A stretch of DNA of 64,000 nucleotides from Gemmatimonadales bacterium (GCA_037189525.1 JBBCJC010000003.1:480001-544000), one strand, 5' to 3'. Counted from the stretch's first letter, positions 1 to 10,915 are shown. A program made the numbers and translations. Notes: a model not told the origin generated them from the letters alone.

Positions 1-1
1 C

Positions 2-1225
2 GTGAGCGGGAGAACGCCGGTGAGTCGTCGGCTCGTGTGGGTCAATCACTATGCGGTTTCACCAGATCTATCCGGGGGGACGCGTCATTTCGAGTTGGGA
101 CGCGAACTCGTCCGTCTCGGGTGGGACGTCACTGTCGCCTGTACCGACTTTCATTTCCAGGAGCGCCGTTACTGTCGGCGTCAGGTCGCAGATCGCACAC
201 CAATCGAGGAGACGATCCAAGGCGTTCGCTTCTGCTGGCTCTGGAGCGCACCGTACCAGGTCAACAATTGGCGACGGGCCGCGAACTGGCTCAGCTTTGC
301 CGGCCAGGTTGGTTCGCTCGATCGGCCGGCTGACGTCATCATCGGCTCATCTCCCCATCTCTTTGCGGCACACGCGGCCCGGAAGCTGGCCGCCCGCCAG
401 CGAGTTCCCTTCGTCCTCGAGGTTCGGGATCTCTGGCCCGAAAGCCTGACTGCGGCCGGGGGAAGGAAGGGGCCTGCCTATTACGTTCTCGACGGCATGG
501 CACGTTCACTATATCGCAAAGCCGATCGGATCATCGTTCTGACCCCCGGAGTTCGAGAAACCCTGGCGGAGCGTGGCTTGCCCAGTGAGCGTCTCGTTCT
601 GGCGCCCAATGGGGTCGACGTCGCCGCCTTCCCGGCGCCTCGGCTCAAGCCCGGTCCTCAGGCCACCTTCATCTACGCTGGCGCGCATGGACCGGCCAAC
701 GGACTCGATGTCCTGATCGACGCGGCTCATCTGGTTCGGAACGACGACCGAATCCGAGTCGTTACCGTCGGGGATGGTCCGGACAAGGCTCGCTTGGTGG
801 CCAGGGCCGAGAGCCTTGGCCTCAGAAACCTCACCTTCCGGCCATCAGTGTCTAAAGCCGAGGTACCCAACCTGCTTGCCGGCGCCGATGTGGGGCTGAT
901 GCTGCTGCGGGATACGGCGCTCTTTGCCTTCGGTGTCAGTCCCAATAAACTCTTCGATTACTTCGCGGCATCCCTGCCGGTCCTTTCCAATGTTCACGGG
1001 GAAACTGCGGACATGGTCGCTCGTGCCGCTGCTGGCGAAACGGTGACAGCCGGATCGGCCGAGGCCCTGGCCGCCGGAATGCAGCGAATGGCCGGACTCG
1101 AACCTGCCCAACGGATGCAGCGTGGTGAGCAGGGACGTCGATGGGTCGAGGCATCCCACGGTCGAGCCACTGTTGCCAGGCGATTGGATGAGGAACTCGG
1201 GACGCTGATTGCGAGGCATCCGTAG
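2..1225 (+). CDS. Glycosyltransferase family 4 (WbuB-like)
   Basis: GGTRHFEL N-terminus, LEVRDLWPES, YAGAHGPANGL and SPNKLFDY motifs typical of WbuB-type GT4. Start is GTG 2 or GTG 20. Confidence 0.9.
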   Translation: MSGRTPVSRRLVWVNHYAVSPDLSGGTRHFELGRELVRLGWDVTVACTDFHFQERRYCRRQVADRTPIEETIQGVRFCWLWSAPYQVNNWRRAANWLSFAGQVGSLDRPADVIIGSSPHLFAAHAARKLAARQRVPFVLEVRDLWPESLTAAGGRKGPAYYVLDGMARSLYRKADRIIVLTPGVRETLAERGLPSERLVLAPNGVDVAAFPAPRLKPGPQATFIYAGAHGPANGLDVLIDAAHLVRNDDRIRVVTVGDGPDKARLVARAESLGLRNLTFRPSVSKAEVPNLLAGADVGLMLLRDTALFAFGVSPNKLFDYFAASLPVLSNVHGETADMVARAAAGETVTAGSAEALAAGMQRMAGLEPAQRMQRGEQGRRWVEASHGRATVARRLDEELGTLIARHP

Positions 1226-3063
1226 TGGCCTCGCTCCTGTCGCCCTCGGCCTTGGGCGCGATTCTGCGGAGCTACGGTGCGGTCGGGCTGAGTCGTCGCG
1301 CGTTGCACGAATTCCGGCGGACGTTGGGATCGTACCGACGCGCTCCGAAGCATCCCGTGCGACCGGACGAGGCAGGTCGAGATCGTTCGGCATTTCGGGT
1401 CGACGCAGCTGCCGTGAGGGTCGCGACCGATTTGGATGCGGCGGTGGCCAGAGCGGAGCGTGTGGTGGCTGGAGAGTACCAGGCATTCCGTCACGGCTGG
1501 CTTCACCTTCCGGAAGGGGACCAGTGGCATCGTCATCCGCACACCGGGGCCGTCCGTATCCCGGATCGCGACTGGTGGCGCCGTAATCTGCTCGACCCCG
1601 CGTTTGGCGATATCAAGGACCTTTGGGAGCCAGCCCGCTTCGGATGGGTATATGACTTGCTGCGCGGGTATGCGGTCACGGGCGACCCTCGATTCCGCAG
1701 TGCATTCGTCGGCCGGGTTACCGACTGGTGGGCATCGAATCCTCCGTTCAGCGGGCCTCATTGGGCATGTGGGCAGGAGACGGCGATTCGTGCCATCGCG
1801 CTCCTCTATGCGGAGGCCAACTTCGATCTTGAACAAGGCGAACGGCAGCTGGTGCTCCGGATCCTGGGTGCATCGGGGGAGCGGATCAGGGATGCCATCG
1901 GCTACGCCCTGTCACAGCGCAACAATCACGGCCTCTCCGAATCAGCCGGGTTGGTGGCCATCGGCGACCGACTGAGTGGCCTACATCCGGCGGCCGACCG
2001 ATGGTACTCCACGGGTCGGCGTCTGGTGACGCGGTTGGTACGGGAGCAGTTTGCAGAGGATGGTTGGTACTGCCAGCACTCCTTCGTGTATCTGCGGCTG
2101 GCGGTCGACCAATGCGTCATCGCCTCGCGGGTATTTCGGAGTCGAGGGGACGATCTCGACGAAACGGTGAGCGCACGGCTTCGATCGGCCCAGGATTTAT
2201 TGATGGCAGTGCTCGATCCGGAAACCGGGGTGGTACCCAACTATGGGCCGAGTGATGGGGCATTCGTTCATCCGATCACGCTTGGAGCGTACCGTGACTT
2301 TCGCCCGACCGTTACTGCGCTCGCCGCGGTCGTCGAGGCGCCGTTGCCCGAGGAGGTCGCACCGGACCGGGAAGTGCTTGCCTGGCTCGGTCGAACCGTT
2401 CCTGGAACAGTGAAGTTGGACCGCCGGCCGCGGATCATCGTCGGTTCATCGGGGTGGGCCTCCGCACGCCTGGGGAATGTGGCCGTCTTCCTTCGGGCCG
2501 GGCGCTATCGGTTTCGGCCAGGTCACTTCGATCCCCTGCAACTCGATGTCCGGATCGGGTCGAGCGAAGTTCTGACAGACCCCGGCACCTATCGCTACGG
2601 CGGTGCGCCGCCGTGGCGGAATCGTTTGGTCGGATCGGAGCTGCATAACGGACCGACCCTGCTTGATAAGCCGTCGGTGGCCAAAGGCCCTCGCTTCCTC
2701 TGGCTGCAGTGGCCGGCAGCTGACATCGTATCCGTATCGGAGAATGAGACCACATGCTCGATTGTTGCTGTCACCGAAGACGGCCTGGAGCGGGAGGTTC
2801 GCGTGAGTCACGAAAGTGTCGAGGTTCGGGATCGCTCGCGTCATGGCGCGGGAATCCGGGTCAACTGGCTCTTGCATCCGGAGGCCGACGCGAGATGGAT
2901 ATCTGCGAGTGACGGTCGCTGGACCATTGCCGATGATGCCAGTGGATCCGGATGGTTCTCTCCGGCCTATGGTGTAAGGGTACCGTCCCGGTACTTCGTC
3001 TCGGAGCGCAGGGATGGAGGTCCGCTTGTGCTTCGAGTTCATGGAGAGGGAGTTTCTGAATGA
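1225..3063 (+). CDS. Heparinase II/III family protein
   Basis: DIKDLWEPARF, WWASNPPFSGPHW, NNHGLSE, GHFDPL, DPGTYRY, HNGP and C-terminal WFSPAYG motifs; 1-bp overlap with the upstream gene. Confidence 0.85.
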   Translation: MASLLSPSALGAILRSYGAVGLSRRALHEFRRTLGSYRRAPKHPVRPDEAGRDRSAFRVDAAAVRVATDLDAAVARAERVVAGEYQAFRHGWLHLPEGDQWHRHPHTGAVRIPDRDWWRRNLLDPAFGDIKDLWEPARFGWVYDLLRGYAVTGDPRFRSAFVGRVTDWWASNPPFSGPHWACGQETAIRAIALLYAEANFDLEQGERQLVLRILGASGERIRDAIGYALSQRNNHGLSESAGLVAIGDRLSGLHPAADRWYSTGRRLVTRLVREQFAEDGWYCQHSFVYLRLAVDQCVIASRVFRSRGDDLDETVSARLRSAQDLLMAVLDPETGVVPNYGPSDGAFVHPITLGAYRDFRPTVTALAAVVEAPLPEEVAPDREVLAWLGRTVPGTVKLDRRPRIIVGSSGWASARLGNVAVFLRAGRYRFRPGHFDPLQLDVRIGSSEVLTDPGTYRYGGAPPWRNRLVGSELHNGPTLLDKPSVAKGPRFLWLQWPAADIVSVSENETTCSIVAVTEDGLEREVRVSHESVEVRDRSRHGAGIRVNWLLHPEADARWISASDGRWTIADDASGSGWFSPAYGVRVPSRYFVSERRDGGPLVLRVHGEGVSE

Positions 3064-5204
3064 AGCAGGTGCTGCAGCGCCTCGACAGCGGACAGATCGA
3101 GGTCCGCGACGTTCCAACGCCAAACATCGGTCCGCACCAACTGTTGATCCAGACGCGAGCGACACTCTTGTCGGCGGGAACGGAGCGGATGCTGGTTGAG
3201 TTCGGGCGTGCCAGCCTCATCGGCAAGGCGCGCAGCCAACCGGATCGGGTGCGCCAAGTGCTCGATCGAATGCGGACCGACGGGATTGGCCCGACCCTGG
3301 AGGCGGTCCGATCCAAGCTGGCCGACCCGCTACCCCTGGGGTACTGCAACGCAGGCATCGTCCGAGCGGTCGGATCCAAGGTCAATGGTTTCTCCATCGG
3401 GGATCGCGTCGTATCCAATGGATACCATGCCGAATGGGTTCGGGTCCCTGCCACCCTTGCGGCGCCGCTTCCGGATGGTGTCAGCGATGAATCGGCCTGT
3501 TTTACCCCCCTTGCTGCCGTCGCGCTCCAGGGGATCCGATTGGCGGCGCCGACGCTGGGAGAAACGGTCGTCGTGTTCGGCCTGGGCTTGGTCGGGTTGT
3601 TGTCCGTTCAGCTCTTGCGCGCGAGCGGTTGTCGAGTCATCGGCCTCGACCTCAATCCGGAGCGGCGTCGGATGGCCGAGCAGTTCGGTGCCATCACCTT
3701 CGAGTCGACCGGTGCGGCTCAGGTGGAGGCAGTGCGGCAGGCGACCGATGGGGTCGGTGCCGATGCTGTCTTGCTCACGCTGGCATCGAAGTCGAGTGAG
3801 CCGGTTTCGCTTGCTGCGGAAATGGCCCGCCAGCGCGGACGATTGGTTCTCGTCGGTGTCGCGGCACTCGAGTTGAATCGGGAGCCGTTTTTCCGCAAAG
3901 AACTTCAGTTTATGGTGTCGTCGAGTTACGGGCCCGGCCGATACGATCCGGCCTATGAAAACGAGGGGCAGGACTACCCCATCGGCTTCGTGCGATGGAC
4001 CGCTCAGCGTAACTTTGCCGCAGTGGTCGACCAGATCGACCGTGGCGGTATTGACCCGTTGCAACTGGTGACCCATCGCGTACCCGTGTTCGAGGCGGCA
4101 ACCGCCTACGAAGCGATCCTCGAGGATCATGATAGCCTTGCGGTTATCTTGACTTATCCCGAGCGAGAGGATGCGGCTGCTTCACCTACCGTTCCGGTCG
4201 CACGGTCGTCATCGACGGTGTCACGTCAGACGCATGCCCAGGTCATTGCCGGCGTGTTGGGGGCCGGGAACTTTGCCCGGCGGACGCTCCTTCCGTTGCT
4301 GGGCAAAGCGGGCATTCAGGTCCGGACCGTCGTGTCGAACGGGGGGTTGGATGCCTCACTTGCGGCCGAACAGGTACAGGCCGATGCTGCCTCGACGGAT
4401 ATCGCGGCGGTGATCGATGATCCGAACGTCAACGCCGTGTTCGTATTGACGCGTCACGATTCTCACGCGAGTCTCGCGCTGCGAGCACTCCGGGCGGGGA
4501 AACACGTCTTCGTCGAGAAGCCGTTGGCGCTGCACAGTGAAGAATTGGACGAACTCGAATCGCTGGCTTCGGAGTCACCCGGTGTGCTCACGGTAGGGTT
4601 CAATCGGCGGTGGGCGCCTCTGACGAACGAATTGGGGCGCCGCCTGGCGGGCCGCGTCGGTCCGCTTGCCATTACCTGCACCGTGAACGCCGGTGCGCTG
4701 CCAGCGGATCACTGGGCCAAGAGCCGGGGAGTCGGTGGCGGGCGGCTTCTGGGTGAAGGGTGCCATTTCATCGACCTGCTCCGTCGCGTCGTTGGGGCGC
4801 CGATTGCCTCATTAGATGTGTGTGCGGCTCAAGTCGATAGCCGGGTCGTCGAAGATATCGCGCATCTGACCCTTCGCTTTGCTGATGGTTCGATCGGCAC
4901 CATTGCGTATCTGTCGAACGGCGCCCGTGACTATCCCAAGGAAACAGTGACCTGTTTTGCGGATGGTCGGACCCATGTGATCGAAAACTGGCGGCGGCTA
5001 CGGTCGTTCGGACGCCCAGCGGTTGCAGCGGGCTGGCCGCGTCGCCAGAACAAAGGGCACCTCGAGCAGCTCCACGCGTTCGTGGCGGCGATCGGGCGCG
5101 GTTCGCCGCCGATCCCGTACGACGAGTTGTTCGAGGTTTCCCGGTGGTCGATCCGCGCGGCCGAGTTGGCCCGCCAGGGCTTGAATCGGATCGAGGTGAC
5201 GTGA
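3060..5204 (+). CDS. Bi-domain oxidoreductase (MDR/Zn-ADH-like + Gfo/Idh/MocA)
   Basis: SAGTE, PLGY, GLGLVG, SYGPGRYD and VRWT in the N-half; GAGNFA, HVFVEKP, GFNRR and GEGCHFID in the C-half; ATGA overlap. Confidence 0.9.
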   Translation: MKQVLQRLDSGQIEVRDVPTPNIGPHQLLIQTRATLLSAGTERMLVEFGRASLIGKARSQPDRVRQVLDRMRTDGIGPTLEAVRSKLADPLPLGYCNAGIVRAVGSKVNGFSIGDRVVSNGYHAEWVRVPATLAAPLPDGVSDESACFTPLAAVALQGIRLAAPTLGETVVVFGLGLVGLLSVQLLRASGCRVIGLDLNPERRRMAEQFGAITFESTGAAQVEAVRQATDGVGADAVLLTLASKSSEPVSLAAEMARQRGRLVLVGVAALELNREPFFRKELQFMVSSSYGPGRYDPAYENEGQDYPIGFVRWTAQRNFAAVVDQIDRGGIDPLQLVTHRVPVFEAATAYEAILEDHDSLAVILTYPEREDAAASPTVPVARSSSTVSRQTHAQVIAGVLGAGNFARRTLLPLLGKAGIQVRTVVSNGGLDASLAAEQVQADAASTDIAAVIDDPNVNAVFVLTRHDSHASLALRALRAGKHVFVEKPLALHSEELDELESLASESPGVLTVGFNRRWAPLTNELGRRLAGRVGPLAITCTVNAGALPADHWAKSRGVGGGRLLGEGCHFIDLLRRVVGAPIASLDVCAAQVDSRVVEDIAHLTLRFADGSIGTIAYLSNGARDYPKETVTCFADGRTHVIENWRRLRSFGRPAVAAGWPRRQNKGHLEQLHAFVAAIGRGSPPIPYDELFEVSRWSIRAAELARQGLNRIEVT

Positions 5205-5833
5205 GAGGTCTGGTGAGTTACCGAGGTGCGGGTAAGCGGGGGATCGATCTCGCGCTCGCTCTCGTAGGCCTTGTCGTGGCGGCGCCGCTTGCCCTCGGTA
5301 CGGCGATTGCCGTCTTCCTTGCGATGGGGCGCCCCGTTTTCTTTACCCAGGAGCGCGCCGGAATCAATGGAACACCGTTTCGGCTGTTCAAATTTCGGAC
5401 AATGACCCTCGGGGGGAACGGTGAGAGCCCGGATTGCTCCGATGCGGCGCGACTGACCCGAGTCGGACGATGGTTGCGGGCGTTGAGTCTCGATGAGATT
5501 CCGCAGCTCTGGAACGTCCTCAAGGGGGATATGAGCTTGGTGGGACCGCGTCCGCTGTTCATGGATTATGTCGGTCTGTATTCTGCGGAGCAAGCGAGGC
5601 GTCTCGACGTTCGTCCCGGCATCACCGGATGGGCGCAGGTGAATGGCCGCAACCAGGTCGGTTGGGATCAGCGGTTCCGATACGATGTCTGGTATGTCGA
5701 CCATCTCTCGTTTCGGCTGGACCTGCGCATTTTAGCGCTCACGGTTGCGCGCGTGCTTTCCCGCGATGGAGTAGCCCAGGAAGGTCATGTCACGATGGAA
5801 CGGTTTACGGGAAGCGGCACTCGTGGCGAGTAG
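5201..5833 (+). CDS. Initiating phosphoglycosyl transferase (PglC-like sugar transferase)
   Basis: [34 protein letters not shown] and [16 protein letters not shown] 5201 overlaps the upstream TGA. Confidence 0.92.
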   Translation: MRGLVSYRGAGKRGIDLALALVGLVVAAPLALGTAIAVFLAMGRPVFFTQERAGINGTPFRLFKFRTMTLGGNGESPDCSDAARLTRVGRWLRALSLDEIPQLWNVLKGDMSLVGPRPLFMDYVGLYSAEQARRLDVRPGITGWAQVNGRNQVGWDQRFRYDVWYVDHLSFRLDLRILALTVARVLSRDGVAQEGHVTMERFTGSGTRGE

Positions 5834-6476
5834 ACGATTGTTGGTGTGGGGAGCAGGCGGGCACGGTGCCGTCGTTGCGGACGCGGTGCGGGCTGCCGGC
5901 GACCAGCCCGTGGGGTTCATCGATCGAAACGCGGATCGCCTGGGACAGGTCGTCCCGGGAACGGATCTGTCGGTGTTGCTACTCGAATCGGTGCTGCTGA
6001 ACGATATGAGCTCCCTCCCGGCCCAGGTCGATGCGAGCGGGGTCGTGTGGGGGATTGGTGATAATGCGGCCCGGCTGTCCCTCCACGATCGCCTGGCGGA
6101 CGGCCTGGTTGCGACCGTGGGTCATCCGAGTGCGGTGGTGGCGCCTTCGACATCCATCGGTGCCGGTTCCGTCGTCCTGGCTCGGACCGTGGTCAACCCT
6201 CGGGCACGCATCGGCGCGGCGGTGATCCTCAACACCGGGTGTATCGTCGAGCATGATTGCGCCATCGGAGATGGTGCGCATGTCTCTCCCGGTGCGGTGC
6301 TCTCGGGTGGCGTGACCGTTGGCCGCTTGGCGTGGATCGGCGCCGGCGCGGTAGTGCTGCCCGGCCGGCGGGTTGGGGCCGGCGCGATCGTGGGCGCCGG
6401 CGCCGTCGTGACTCGAGACGTGGCTGAGGGAGCAACCGTGGCAGGCAACCCCGCGCGTTCATTGGAGAAGAGCTGA
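5823..6476 (+). CDS. Sugar N/O-acetyltransferase (PglD/NeuD family)
   Basis: [19 protein letters not shown] and hexapeptide repeats ending in GNPAR; start GTG 5823 inferred. Confidence 0.9.
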   Translation: MASRRLLVWGAGGHGAVVADAVRAAGDQPVGFIDRNADRLGQVVPGTDLSVLLLESVLLNDMSSLPAQVDASGVVWGIGDNAARLSLHDRLADGLVATVGHPSAVVAPSTSIGAGSVVLARTVVNPRARIGAAVILNTGCIVEHDCAIGDGAHVSPGAVLSGGVTVGRLAWIGAGAVVLPGRRVGAGAIVGAGAVVTRDVAEGATVAGNPARSLEKS

Positions 6477-6478
6477 TC

Positions 6479-7669
6479 ATGGCCGACACGGTTCGCTCCT
6501 CAGGAACGACGGCACCCGCCGCCTGGCGCATTCCCTTATCGATACCTCATTTAAGCGGGGATGAAGCCGCCTTCGTGCAGGAGGCGTTCGAAACCAATTG
6601 GGTTGCACCGCTTGGTCCACACGTCGATGCGTTCGAGCAGGAATTCGCTACCGTGGTCGGGGCCGACCACGCGGTGGCGTTGAGTTCCGGAACGGCGGCG
6701 CTTCACCTGGCGTTGCTGCATGGCGGGGTGGGGGCAGGGGATGACGTGCTCGTCAGCACTTTGACCTTTGCGGCATCAGTCAATCCGATCCGATACCTCG
6801 GCGCGCGCCCCGTCTTTGTAGACTCCGAACGGACCTCGTGGAATCTGGACCCCGACCTGTTGGAGGCAGCTCTCAAACGTGCCTCCGCTCTGGGGCACTT
6901 ACCCAAGGCCATTGTCGTCGTCCATCTGTATGGTCAGAGCGCCGACTTGGATCCGATCGTTCAGTTGGCTGACCGATACGGCGTGCTGCTCGTAGAGGAT
7001 GCGGCCGAAGCGCTGGGCGCGACCTATCGGGGACGAATGCCCGGTAGCATGGGCTGGTCCGGTGTGTTTTCGTTCAATGGCAACAAAATCATTACCACGT
7101 CCGGTGGCGGGATGCTCGTCACCAATGACGGCGCGCTCGCGACCCATGCCCGCAAGCTGGCAACTCAGGCACGCGAACCCGCTGCGCATTACGAGCATAC
7201 CGAGATCGGATTCAATTATCGGTTGAGTAACGTCCTCGCGGGAATCGGACGAGCACAGTTGCGGTGTTTGGAGGACCGGGTCGCTGCGCGCCGACGAAAT
7301 TTTCGCTTCTACAGTGAACGGCTGCGAGATCTCCCGGGTCTCGGCTTCATGCCTGAAGCGTCGTGGGGGCGTCACACCCGCTGGCTGACAGCAGTTACAT
7401 TCGATTCGCAGCAGTTCGGAGCCGATCGCGAGACCGTTCGGACGGCATTGGCGAAGGCCGGAATCGAAGCGAGGCCCGTGTGGAAACCCATGCATCTCCA
7501 GCCGGTATTTGCACCGTTCGAGGTCATTGGGGGCGCGGTCGCCGAGGAAATTTTTTGTGACGGGCTGTGTCTACCTTCGGGGTCGCAGCTGACGGACGCG
7601 GAACTGACCGAAGTAACCGACGTCATTCGAGACGTCGCTGCCAATCCAACGCTCTCACGTCAGTCCTGA
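6479..7669 (+). CDS. DegT/DnrJ/EryC1/StrS aminotransferase (PglE-like)
   Basis: SSGTAALHLAL, EDAAEALG, PLP-lysine motif SFNGNKIITTSGGG, GFNYRLSN and RPVWKPMHLQP. Confidence 0.93.
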   Translation: MADTVRSSGTTAPAAWRIPLSIPHLSGDEAAFVQEAFETNWVAPLGPHVDAFEQEFATVVGADHAVALSSGTAALHLALLHGGVGAGDDVLVSTLTFAASVNPIRYLGARPVFVDSERTSWNLDPDLLEAALKRASALGHLPKAIVVVHLYGQSADLDPIVQLADRYGVLLVEDAAEALGATYRGRMPGSMGWSGVFSFNGNKIITTSGGGMLVTNDGALATHARKLATQAREPAAHYEHTEIGFNYRLSNVLAGIGRAQLRCLEDRVAARRRNFRFYSERLRDLPGLGFMPEASWGRHTRWLTAVTFDSQQFGADRETVRTALAKAGIEARPVWKPMHLQPVFAPFEVIGGAVAEEIFCDGLCLPSGSQLTDAELTEVTDVIRDVAANPTLSRQS

Positions 7670-7721
7670 AACCTTCTGTGCCATTAGGCGCAAACTGGGC
7701 GCACGTCGCCTCGCAGTCGCG

Positions 7722-9026
7722 ATGAGTTGCTGGTTGGTTTCCGAGCACGGCCCTATCGGGTCGTTGCCGCTGCTTGCCATTGGGTCGGCGCTCGACGCCG
7801 GTCCGATTCGCCAGGTGACCACGTCTCTGAGTTCTCATCTCCTCGCGAGATCGCGGGGAATCTCATCGGATTGGTTGCATGGCTGGCGTTCGAGGGAGGA
7901 ACGCTACGTCGTGGCCGATGCGGCGGCATATGGCCGCATCGAACTGGCTCGGACGGCCCATATTCCCGGTAGCCGGGAAGCAGTACTCGATGCGGTTGGT
8001 CTGCTGGCCCAGGATATCGAGCGCATCTGGCGTCAGGAGCCGCCGTCTTTCGTGGTCATCTGGGAACGACGTCGGGCTTTGGGCGGTCTGGTCGCACGCC
8101 AGGCATTGGAAGCCGATGTTCCGGTCGTAACGGTTCAGAACGGCTTTGGTGTGAATACCATGCTCGTGGATCGCCTGGTCAGCGAGGAGTCGACCCTCCT
8201 GCAGGTTCGCCCGTTGCTCGAGGGGATGCACGAACTGCCACATGTGGTGTGGCGGCGGCCGGCCCGATTCGGGGTTGTCGCGGATGCACATCGAACCTTG
8301 GCATCGGCGGGGCTGTGGGTCGATTATGGCGAGAAGCTCGCCAAAGCAGCCTTTGGATACCCGAGTCTTGTTCCACTCGGATACTGGCACGCATTCGCGC
8401 GTGACCGCGTCGGGAAACGCGAGCCCCCCAATGATGTCGTGCCTTTCGGAGCGCGGTTCGCGCTGCTTGCGCTCCATACTCCGGCGATCAATGGCTGGGG
8501 AGCCGATCCGCTCGAGTTTGCGGCGCTGGTCCTGCAGAACATTCCGGCCGGGTTGCCGCTCGTCATCTGTCCGCATCCCGGCGATCGGCAGGCCGGGCAG
8601 CTTGCGGTGCTCCGCGCGATGGCGGATCGGCGGGCCGATACCTTCCTGGCAGCGCGATCACCCGCCTGGCCGCTTCTGGATGATTGCGATCTTCTCATCA
8701 CGATGAGTTCGGCGATTGGCCTCGAAGCCCTGTGCCGGGGCATCCCCACGCTGGCCCTCCCAAGCGCCTACTATGCGCGTCCCGGGCTTGCGATTCCGCT
8801 GGATCCGTTGTCGCCCCACCGAATCGCCGAGGTTGCCGCTCTGCCGTCGGCCTTTCGGCCTAATCCAGCGGCAGTGACGGCCCTGATGTGCACACTGGAG
8901 CGGGAACACCTGGTGGCGCGAGGGCCGCATCAGTCGTCTTCGGCGACCGCGAACGATGTCGCGACGATCATGACGAGACTCGCTTCATGGCAGCTGCCGC
9001 CGGTGAGCGGCCAGGACCATGCGTAG
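7722..9026 (+). CDS. KpsS/KpsC-like capsule biosynthesis glycosyltransferase (divergent)
   Basis: C-terminal ICPHPGD and LITMSSAIGLEALCRGIPTLAL..AYYARPGL resemble the Capsule_synth family; polysaccharide context. Confidence 0.6.
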   Translation: MSCWLVSEHGPIGSLPLLAIGSALDAGPIRQVTTSLSSHLLARSRGISSDWLHGWRSREERYVVADAAAYGRIELARTAHIPGSREAVLDAVGLLAQDIERIWRQEPPSFVVIWERRRALGGLVARQALEADVPVVTVQNGFGVNTMLVDRLVSEESTLLQVRPLLEGMHELPHVVWRRPARFGVVADAHRTLASAGLWVDYGEKLAKAAFGYPSLVPLGYWHAFARDRVGKREPPNDVVPFGARFALLALHTPAINGWGADPLEFAALVLQNIPAGLPLVICPHPGDRQAGQLAVLRAMADRRADTFLAARSPAWPLLDDCDLLITMSSAIGLEALCRGIPTLALPSAYYARPGLAIPLDPLSPHRIAEVAALPSAFRPNPAAVTALMCTLEREHLVARGPHQSSSATANDVATIMTRLASWQLPPVSGQDHA

Positions 9027-10008
9027 CGGGCGGTTGAGAGCGGTCCTTCTCAATGACTGCCTGGTCGCCAGTCATCTGGGTACGGTGCTGGTCGCACGGA
9101 ATCTGGCCGCCGGGTTGTCCGGAGTCGGGGTCGATCTCGTAGGGCGCTATCCGCGGGGGTTCAGCCGATGGGACGCCCGATTCGATCGGGTTCTGGAACA
9201 GACCGACGTCGTCATCATCAACGGGGAAGGTACCTGCCATCACGATGCCCCTGATGCCGCGCGCTTCTTCGAAGCCGCCAGGCGGGCACATGAGAAGGGG
9301 AAGGCCGTGGTGCTGCTCAACACGGTTTGGCAGGATAATCCGAATCTCAAAAGCTTTCTTCGATACGTCGACCGATTGTTCGTCCGCGAATCGGCCAGCG
9401 CTGCGGATCTTCGGCATGCCGGACATGTTGCCGCGGTGGTTCCGGATCTTTCACTCGCTGCCGACCTCGACGGTCGAAGACAACCTGCTACCGGCCTGCC
9501 GCTCGTTACGGATGCCGTCGGCTATGAAGACTCGCTCGCGCTGGGCGAGTTTGCGACGTCGCGTCGATGGCCTTTCCGACCCATGCGACGGTGGTTCAGG
9601 GGCATCCTGCTCAAACATCCGCGGCGGGTTTTGAGGGTCGCGCTGGCGTGTTCCGGAGGGGTTTCGCCGCTCGATGCCACCGACTATGGACTGATCGGCA
9701 ATGCTTCTACGATCCTTACTGGCCGGTTCCACGGGGTATGTCTGGCACTGATCGCCGGACGACCGTTTGTCGCGCTCTCCTCGAACACGCATAAAATCGA
9801 GGCGATGGCGACGGATATGGGGCTGCGCGAGTTGATTCTCACCGGTCGGACCTTTGATATCGATGCCATCACACGGCTCATGGAAATGGTCCAGGAGGAA
9901 GGGTACCGTAATCATGTTGTGGAGCGAATTGCGGCATACATAGGGACAGCGCGCCAGGCGCAGCAGGCGATGCTTCTCGAAATCCGAACCCTTGCTTCAG
10001 GCCGGTAG
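9019..10008 (+). CDS. Polysaccharide pyruvyl transferase family protein
   Basis: LLND..HLG, INGEGTCHH, FVRESAS, VVPDLS, TGRFHG and SNTHKIE motifs. Confidence 0.85.
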   Translation: MRSGRLRAVLLNDCLVASHLGTVLVARNLAAGLSGVGVDLVGRYPRGFSRWDARFDRVLEQTDVVIINGEGTCHHDAPDAARFFEAARRAHEKGKAVVLLNTVWQDNPNLKSFLRYVDRLFVRESASAADLRHAGHVAAVVPDLSLAADLDGRRQPATGLPLVTDAVGYEDSLALGEFATSRRWPFRPMRRWFRGILLKHPRRVLRVALACSGGVSPLDATDYGLIGNASTILTGRFHGVCLALIAGRPFVALSSNTHKIEAMATDMGLRELILTGRTFDIDAITRLMEMVQEEGYRNHVVERIAAYIGTARQAQQAMLLEIRTLASGR

Positions 10009-10026
10009 CGCCAGCCCCGAGCGAAT

Positions 10027-10176
10027 TGTCGTGTTGACACAACAGTTTGTGGTGTTTGGCACACGTCGAAAATGGTGACAGTGCAATTTTTGTTCAGGTG
10101 GTTATTTGTAACCTATTGAAATTAAAAGGTTTAAGGAGCACGTGGCAAATTGGCGTGCTGCGGCACGTTTCTCTCT
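10027..10176 (+). promoter_or_regulatory. Putative sigma54-type promoter with enhancer-like palindromes and IHF-like site
   Basis: TGTCGTGT-TG-ACACAACA at 10027-10044; CGT-N11-ACA at 10064-10080; TAA-ccta-TTGAAA at 10109-10121 (IHF consensus YAANNNNTTGATW, 1 mismatch); CGGCACG-tttc-TCTCT at 10161-10176 (good -24, degenerate -12). Confidence 0.5.
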
Positions 10177-10234
10177 ATTTGTCGAGCCGACGGTGGACAG
10201 TTCGAACCTGACGACTTCAACATTCGAGACTAAC

Positions 10235-10915
10235 ATGAGAGTGTCATCCGTTGCTCTGACTCTTGTCGTCCTTGCTGGCGGGACGGCCGCGGCGCAAGGG
10301 CCGATGGTGTCATTCAACGAGTTCGCCACCCTGACGAACAAGGCGTTTGGAGCGTCGTCGATCGGTTGGTACTTCACCCCGACCAGTTCGTTCTTCCTCA
10401 CCTCGGTTTCGACGCGTTTCAATGGTACGGTCGCGGCCGACAATCGGGATGTGACGGTCGAACTCTGGTCCGATCGGCAGGCGGTCGGTGGTTCTCTGCT
10501 GCGGAGTGCGACGTTTGCATCCGGTTCAGCAACCGACCAGTTCGGCGGCGGGATTTTCGACGCGTTCTTGCTGGAAGCGGGAACGACCTACTTCATCGGA
10601 TTCCGCAATGTCGCCGGGTTGGGACGGAACAGCACCGAAGATCTCGGCTCTTCGTCGACCGGATATCTCTACCATTCGTCGGGCGATCCGAGCCTTGGAA
10701 CCTACGCAACGCTGCAGAACGTCACGATGGTGTACAACCCGACCTTCCTGCTCGATGGTTACGTCGACCCCGCGTACGGGATGCCGACGACCGCGACGCC
10801 CGAGCCAGCCTCGATGGTCTTGATGGCAACTGGCATGCTCGGTTTGGGAGTTGTCACGGCTGTGCGCCGCCGGCGTGCGCAGAAGGCGGTTGAGGAGGCC
10901 GAACCGACAGCCTGA
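10235..10915 (+). CDS. PEP-CTERM sorting-domain surface protein
   Basis: Signal peptide MRVSSVALTLVVLAGGTAAAQ; C-terminal TPEPASMVLMATGMLGLGVVTAVRRRR (PEP motif, TM helix, basic cluster). Confidence 0.9.
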   Translation: MRVSSVALTLVVLAGGTAAAQGPMVSFNEFATLTNKAFGASSIGWYFTPTSSFFLTSVSTRFNGTVAADNRDVTVELWSDRQAVGGSLLRSATFASGSATDQFGGGIFDAFLLEAGTTYFIGFRNVAGLGRNSTEDLGSSSTGYLYHSSGDPSLGTYATLQNVTMVYNPTFLLDGYVDPAYGMPTTATPEPASMVLMATGMLGLGVVTAVRRRRAQKAVEEAEPTA

